Source: Vulcanimicrobiota bacterium | GTDB lineage: Bacteria > Vulcanimicrobiota > Vulcanimicrobiia > Vulcanimicrobiales > Vulcanimicrobiaceae | NCBI GenBank assembly: GCA_963820825.1 | Contig: CAWGBN010000002.1 | Span: forward strand, 128,001-192,000 | Direction: 5' to 3' | DNA: 64,000 nt | Shown here: piece after piece, positions 59,120-64,000 of the stretch | How the letters are laid out: each line of letters begins with the position of its first letter | Position numbering within the stretch: position 1 is the stretch's first letter | Translations under genes and position numbers: made by a program | Notes under the pieces: generated by a model | Told to the model about the DNA's origin: nothing | Database searches by the model: none | Seen by the model: the letters and a program-made list of their open reading frames with translations, nothing else

Positions 59120-59951
59120 AGGCGGCCAGCTCCTCCATCCGCGCTTCGACCTTGTCGACGAGCCAGCCGGGAGTCGAGGCGCCCGACATCAGACCCGCCA
59201 CCTCCACGCCGCTAAACCACTGCCGCTCCAGCTCTTCGGGGCCTTCGATGTGATAGGCGCGCGCGCCGTGCGATTCGGAGAGATCGGCGAGGTGCTTGGT
59301 GTTCGCCGAGGTCTTACCGCCGACGACGATCATCACTTCGACGTCCTTCGCCAGCCGCAGTGCTTCGTTCTGGCGATTGTGCGTATCGGTGCAGATGGTG
59401 TTTACGGCGCGAACTTCGTAGTACTTAGCGGAGAGCGCGCGGACGATCTCGGTAAAGCCTTCGCCGGACCACGTCGATTGCACGACGACGCCGACGCGGC
59501 TCGAGCGCGGCAGCCGCTCGACGTCGGCGGGCGTTTGAATGCACCACGCACCGGGGACGTGGCTGAGCGTGCCTTTGACCTCGGGATGGTTCGGATCGCC
59601 GATGACGACGATCTTATAGCCGTCGGCCTTGAGCTTCTCGGCCTGCACGTGAATCTTCGTGACCATCGGACAGGTGGCGTCGATGATCTCGAGCTTCTTC
59701 TCTTTCGCTTTTTCGAAGACGTCGACCGGCAGGCCGTGCGCGCGAACGAAGAGTGCTCCGGCGTCGACGTCGTCGACGCTCTGGGCATTCTTCAGGCCGC
59801 GCGAAGCGAGCGATTCGACCATCTGCGGGTTGTGAACGACGTGACCGAGCGTGGTGACGTCACCGCGCGAAGCGATGGCCTCCTCCGCCTTCTTTACGGT
59901 AATCGCAACCCCGAAGCAGAATCCCTGAACCGACGCCTTACGTATTTCCAC
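59112..59951 (-). CDS. ispH: 4-hydroxy-3-methylbut-2-enyl diphosphate reductase
   Basis: GFCFGV, HN, RAHG, DATCP, HPEV, TIC..T..RQ, GASTP. Confidence 0.96.
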   Translation of the reverse strand: MEIRKASVQGFCFGVAITVKKAEEAIASRGDVTTLGHVVHNPQMVESLASRGLKNAQSVDDVDAGALFVRAHGLPVDVFEKAKEKKLEIIDATCPMVTKIHVQAEKLKADGYKIVVIGDPNHPEVKGTLSHVPGAWCIQTPADVERLPRSSRVGVVVQSTWSGEGFTEIVRALSAKYYEVRAVNTICTDTHNRQNEALRLAKDVEVMIVVGGKTSANTKHLADLSESHGARAYHIEGPEELERQWFSGVEVAGLMSGASTPGWLVDKVEARMEELAASA

Positions 59952-60540
59952 CGATGCTCCCCGCCAATACCTCGATCGCTTTCATAATCTCCGCAGCGAA
60001 CTTCGCCAAATCATCGCGCGTTGCTTTCCGGGCCGACGGAAGCGCCAGCGGCGCTCCGAAGGCGACGTCTACGCGTCCGAGCCGAAGCGCCCGGTCGGTA
60101 CCATGAACGCAGGCCGGCACGACCGGAGCGCCGGCCAGCGAGGCCAGCAAGGCGACTCCCGTCTGAGGCGCCGAGGGGGTACCCTGGCTGCGCCGCCCCT
60201 CCGGAAAGATCCCGACCGCTCCCTCCGATTCCAGCACGCGCAGCGAGCGCTTAATCGCGCCGGTAGCGCTGCCGTGGCGATCGACGCTATAGGCGCCGAG
60301 AGCGCGAATCACCGGCCCGAGGAGAGGCATTTCGAAGAGCTCCTTCTTCGCCATGTAGCGGATGCGGCGCGGACAGAGCGCGCCGAGCACCGGCGGATCA
60401 AAGTACGAGATGTGATTGCACGCGACGATCAGCCGCCCGGATGCGGGAACGTTCTCCGCGCCGAAGACGCGCGCGCGCCAGAGCACGCGCGTCATCGCGC
60501 GCACGAAGAACTTCGAGAAATCGTAGAACGCCGGATTCAT
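59938..60540 (-). CDS. plsC: 1-acyl-sn-glycerol-3-phosphate acyltransferase
   Basis: NHISYFD, MAKKELF, FPEG. Confidence 0.92.
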   Translation of the reverse strand: MNPAFYDFSKFFVRAMTRVLWRARVFGAENVPASGRLIVACNHISYFDPPVLGALCPRRIRYMAKKELFEMPLLGPVIRALGAYSVDRHGSATGAIKRSLRVLESEGAVGIFPEGRRSQGTPSAPQTGVALLASLAGAPVVPACVHGTDRALRLGRVDVAFGAPLALPSARKATRDDLAKFAAEIMKAIEVLAGSIGGNT

Positions 60541-61226
60541 CGCGTGCCGTCGCCGACGAACGCGCAGATCTCGTCGACGACCCGTTGCGCGTCGATCGCG
60601 CTCGAGTCGATGACGTGCGCGTCGGGAGCCGGCGCGAGGGGCGAGACGGCCCGCGTCCGGTCGAGCCGGTCGCGCTCCTCGATCTCTTCGGCGAGGCGGT
60701 GCGCGTCGACGTCGACTCCTGCCTCTTCGAGTTGCATGCGCCGCCGCGCGGTGCGCGCCGCAATCGAGGCGGTGAGATAGATCTTGACCGGCGCGTTGGG
60801 AAGAACCACGGTGCCGATATCGCGTCCCGCCATCACGACCGGGCCCTGCTCGCCGATCCGGCGCTGCGCGCGTACCATTTCGGAACGGACTTCGGGGTGC
60901 GCGGCAACCGCAGAGACGATTGCCGTTACCTCGTTGCTCAGCAGCGCCGGCTCGTCGAGCTCCCGCCCGCCCGCGACGATCCGGAAGCCGAGCTGCGCGT
61001 TCGCGTCGAGCTTCACTTCGATCGGTGCGATCGTCATCAGCCGCGCGAGCGCGGCGCCGTTATCGACGTCGGTTCCGGTCCGCAACGCCAGCGAGGCGAG
61101 CGCGCGATACATCGCTCCGGTATCGAGATAGAGAATGCCGAGGCGCTGCGCGGTCGCACGCGCGACGGTGGTTTTTCCCGCCGCCGCCGGCCCGTCGATT
61201 GCAATTTGCAGGTGGGTTGGATTCAC
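60537..61226 (-). CDS. cmk: Cytidylate kinase
   Basis: IAIDGPAAAGKTT, DTGAMYR, GRDIGTVV. Confidence 0.96.
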   Translation of the reverse strand: MNPTHLQIAIDGPAAAGKTTVARATAQRLGILYLDTGAMYRALASLALRTGTDVDNGAALARLMTIAPIEVKLDANAQLGFRIVAGGRELDEPALLSNEVTAIVSAVAAHPEVRSEMVRAQRRIGEQGPVVMAGRDIGTVVLPNAPVKIYLTASIAARTARRRMQLEEAGVDVDAHRLAEEIEERDRLDRTRAVSPLAPAPDAHVIDSSAIDAQRVVDEICAFVGDGTR

Positions 61227-61279
61227 TACGCGCGCCCGATTCGCCCAGGCAAAGCAGCGGCCCCGCAGAACGCTGGTGA

Positions 61280-62608
61280 ATGGCTAAAGCGCGCGCGATT
61301 TTCTTTTGCTCGGCCTGTGGTTTCGAATCGCCGCGTTGGCTCGGACGGTGTCCGCAATGCAACGCGTGGAATTCGTTCGACGAGCGTCCGTTTACCGCCG
61401 GACAAAAGTCGGCTCGCGCCACGCGCGCGGCGGCGGCACCGAGCGCCGAACCGACGCCGCTGCGCGACGTTGGGTCGGCGGCCGTCGCTCGGCTGCGCGT
61501 CGGAATGCCCGAGTTCGACGCCGTCGTCGGCGGCGGTATCGTGCCGGGGAGCCTCACGCTCGTCGGCGGCCCTCCCGGCGCCGGTAAATCGACGCTCCTC
61601 CTGCAGATCGCAGCCGAGCTGGCGCGGCAGGGCGAGGTGATCTACGTCTGCGGCGAAGAGTCGGCCTCGCAGGTACGGCTGCGCGCGGACCGCACCCTGG
61701 GCAACACGAACGACGCCGCGCTCTTCGTCTATCCGGAGACGAATCTGCGCGCAGTGCTCGACCAACTCGAGCGGCGAGCACCGCTCGCCGTCGTCGTCGA
61801 TTCGATCCAGACGGTCTGGCTGCCGGAGTCGGAGGCCTATGCGGGAAGCGTAACGCAGATTCGCGATTGTACTGCGGCGCTCGTGGAGTATGCCAAACGT
61901 TCGGGTGCGGCGTGCTTCATCGTCGGGCACGTCACCAAAGACGGCGCGATTGCCGGACCGCGCTTACTCGAGCATCTCGTCGACACGGTACTCTACTTCG
62001 AGGGCGAGACCGGCGGCGAGTACCGGATCTTACGGGCGTATAAGAACCGGTTCGGTTCGATCGACGAGATTTGCGTCTTGACGATGCACGATGCCGGTCT
62101 GCGCGAGGTCGCCAACCCATCGGAGCTCTTTCTCGGCGCACGAATGCAGCGTCCGAGCGGCTCCTGCATCGTCGCTTCGATCGTCGGATCGCGGCCCGTG
62201 CTCATCGAAGTACAGGCGCTCGTCGGCGAGGCCGCCTATGGTACGCCGCGGCGGCTGGCAAATAATCTCGACCAGCAGCGACTCGCGATGATCATCGCCG
62301 TCTTGGAGCGTCGCGCGGGCTTTTCGTTGGGCACGCACGACGTCTACGCTTCGGTCGCCGGCGGCTTGCGCATCGTCGAACCCGCGGCAGATCTCGGCAT
62401 CGCGCTGGCGATCGCATCCTCGTTTCGCAACGTCGCAATCCCCGCCTCGGTCGCGGTATTCGGCGAGCTCGGTCTGTCGGGCGAGGTTCGCGCCGTCGCG
62501 TTACCCGAACGGCGCGAGGCCGAAGCGCGCAAGCTCGGCTATTCGCAGATCATCTCGCCGGCGAACACCGCCGACGTGCTCTCCGCGATCGAAACGGCGC
62601 TGCGCTGA
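61280..62608 (+). CDS. radA: DNA repair protein RadA/Sms
   Basis: CSACG..CPQC zinc finger, GAGKST, KNRFG, GELGLSGEVR. Confidence 0.97.
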   Translation: MAKARAIFFCSACGFESPRWLGRCPQCNAWNSFDERPFTAGQKSARATRAAAAPSAEPTPLRDVGSAAVARLRVGMPEFDAVVGGGIVPGSLTLVGGPPGAGKSTLLLQIAAELARQGEVIYVCGEESASQVRLRADRTLGNTNDAALFVYPETNLRAVLDQLERRAPLAVVVDSIQTVWLPESEAYAGSVTQIRDCTAALVEYAKRSGAACFIVGHVTKDGAIAGPRLLEHLVDTVLYFEGETGGEYRILRAYKNRFGSIDEICVLTMHDAGLREVANPSELFLGARMQRPSGSCIVASIVGSRPVLIEVQALVGEAAYGTPRRLANNLDQQRLAMIIAVLERRAGFSLGTHDVYASVAGGLRIVEPAADLGIALAIASSFRNVAIPASVAVFGELGLSGEVRAVALPERREAEARKLGYSQIISPANTADVLSAIETALR

Positions 62609-63424
62609 ATGCTCTTCGAGATCGTCCCGAATCTTTCGGAGGGACGCGACCTTTCCACGATAGCGCACGCCTGCGACGCGGTGCGGTCGACCGGAGCGCG
62701 GCTGCTCGACTGGAGCAGCGACGCCCTCCATCATCGCAGCGTCTTGACGATCGTGGGGGACGCCCGCGAAGTGCTCGACGCCGCCGTTGCGCTCGCCGGA
62801 GTCGCGCTCGAGCGAATCGACTTGCGCGGCCATCGCGGTCTCCATCCGCGGATCGGCGCGCTCGACGTCTTGCCGTTCGTTCCGTTGCGCGATGCAACGC
62901 TGGAGGACGCAGCCGAGTTGGCGCATCGCGCCGGCGCCGAGATCTGGAGCCGGTACGCCATTCCCGCGTACTATTACGGCGCGGCCGCGCGCCGTCCCGA
63001 ACGCCTGCTCTTGCCGGAGATACGGCGAAACGTCGATTGGTTACCCGACGAAGGGGATCTTGCGCGCCACGTCAGCGCGGGCGCGGTCGCGATCGGCGCG
63101 CGCAACGTTTTGATTGCATTCAACGTCGAACTGGCGAGCACCGATCTCGCGGCAGCGCGCGCGATTGCCGTCGCCATCCGAGAACGAAACGGCGGCTTGC
63201 GCTCGCTTCGCGCGCTGGCACTTCCTCGCGGCGACGATCGGGTGCAGGTTTCGCTCAACGTCACGGATTATGTTGCAACGCCGCTCTATCGCGTGGTCGA
63301 GCTCGTTGCGCGGTTAGCGTGGGAACGCGGCATCGAAATTGCCGGCTGCGAGCTCGTCGGTTGCCTTCCTTGGGGAGCCGTTGAAGGGGCCGCTGCATAT
63401 TACTTAGGAGTCACACAACTGTGA
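62609..63424 (+). CDS. ftcD: Glutamate formiminotransferase
   Basis: VPNLSEGRD, HHRSVLT, HPRIGALDVLPFVP, IAFNV, VQVSLN. Confidence 0.92.
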   Translation: MLFEIVPNLSEGRDLSTIAHACDAVRSTGARLLDWSSDALHHRSVLTIVGDAREVLDAAVALAGVALERIDLRGHRGLHPRIGALDVLPFVPLRDATLEDAAELAHRAGAEIWSRYAIPAYYYGAAARRPERLLLPEIRRNVDWLPDEGDLARHVSAGAVAIGARNVLIAFNVELASTDLAAARAIAVAIRERNGGLRSLRALALPRGDDRVQVSLNVTDYVATPLYRVVELVARLAWERGIEIAGCELVGCLPWGAVEGAAAYYLGVTQL

Positions 63425-64000
63425 TCACCCCAATCGACAATTCCTTCGCGCCTGCGCGAAGCGCAGCCCTGAGCGAAGGCGCGAGGCGCCTGAGTCGAAG
63501 GGTCAGGGTGACAACGCTCTGCCTATTGGTATTAGCGGGCCCGACCTTGCCTGCGAGCGCGCAGAGCGGGCCGGGCGACGGCGGGATATTCACGACGACG
63601 CTGCACAACGGGCTGCGCGTCGTCGTCGTCGAGGGCCGCGCCGCGCCCGTCGTCCAGACCTCGGTCTGGTACGGGTTCGGCTCGCTGCAGGAGACGCCGG
63701 GGAAGACCGGGCTCGCGCACGCGCTCGAGCACATGCTCTTTCGCGGAACGCCGGAGATCTCGTCGGGCGGCCTCGACGACATCACCGCGCGCCTGGGCGC
63801 GCAGATGAATGCCGAGACGAGCTACGACTACACCCAGTTTTACTTCGAGATGCCGGCCGACAAGCTCGACGTCGCGCTCTTCATCGAGGCGGACCGAATG
63901 GAGCACGCCGCACTGCGCGCCGCCGATTGGGCGATCGAGCGTAATGCGGTGCTCAACGAGATCGACGGCGACGACAGCTCGCCCTTCTACAATTTACTAT
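63421..64000 (+). CDS. M16 (pitrilysin-family) zinc peptidase; runs off the right edge
   Basis: Translated by hand from GTG 63421, which overlaps the ftcD stop: TLHNGLRVVV..WYGFGS..E..GKTGLAHALEHMLFRGT (HxxEH). Confidence 0.88.
   Translation, partial: MITPIDNSFAPARSAALSEGARRLSRRVRVTTLCLLVLAGPTLPASAQSGPGDGGIFTTTLHNGLRVVVVEGRAAPVVQTSVWYGFGSLQETPGKTGLAHALEHMLFRGTPEISSGGLDDITARLGAQMNAETSYDYTQFYFEMPADKLDVALFIEADRMEHAALRAADWAIERNAVLNEIDGDDSSPFYNLL

Noticed and set aside
3869..61640. Long antisense ORFs (e.g. 3869..5185, 7653..9050, 19558..20811, 45496..46689, 60441..61640)
   Set aside because: They are shadows of real genes in high-GC DNA, with no recognisable motifs.

Overview
GC-rich bacterial chromosome segment. 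A TonB-dependent receptor and many lipoproteins indicate a diderm. A Firmicutes-like gene order (PIN/TRAM-ispD-ispF-cysE-cysS-rlmB-sigH) and a GAAC-N4-GTTC LexA box point to a Terrabacteria diderm; Eremiobacterota/Vulcanimicrobiota is my inference, not a database result. The left ~42 kb is accessory. It holds a GH125, a PaoABC-like molybdoenzyme, a glycosylasparaginase, a TonB receptor, a cyclase-STAND-TPR protein, an aquaporin, three tandem phosphoesterases, a partner-switching module, an SOS-regulated imuA-imuB-dnaE2 cassette, secreted beta-propeller-like lipoproteins and four scattered tRNAs. The right ~21 kb is housekeeping (sigH to radA, ftcD, an M16 peptidase). Top candidate novel system: a 121-aa lipoprotein-signal precursor with five copies of H[L/M]DSVGGGPVP, directly upstream of a helical-repeat/LuxR-HTH regulator, suggesting multi-copy peptide signalling. 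Also notable: a tRNA-Thr(UGU) with a class-II long variable arm overlapped by an HNH gene, a double GT-C/PMT fusion, and probable CTG start codons. Several single-base frameshifts in core genes look like long-read assembly errors.
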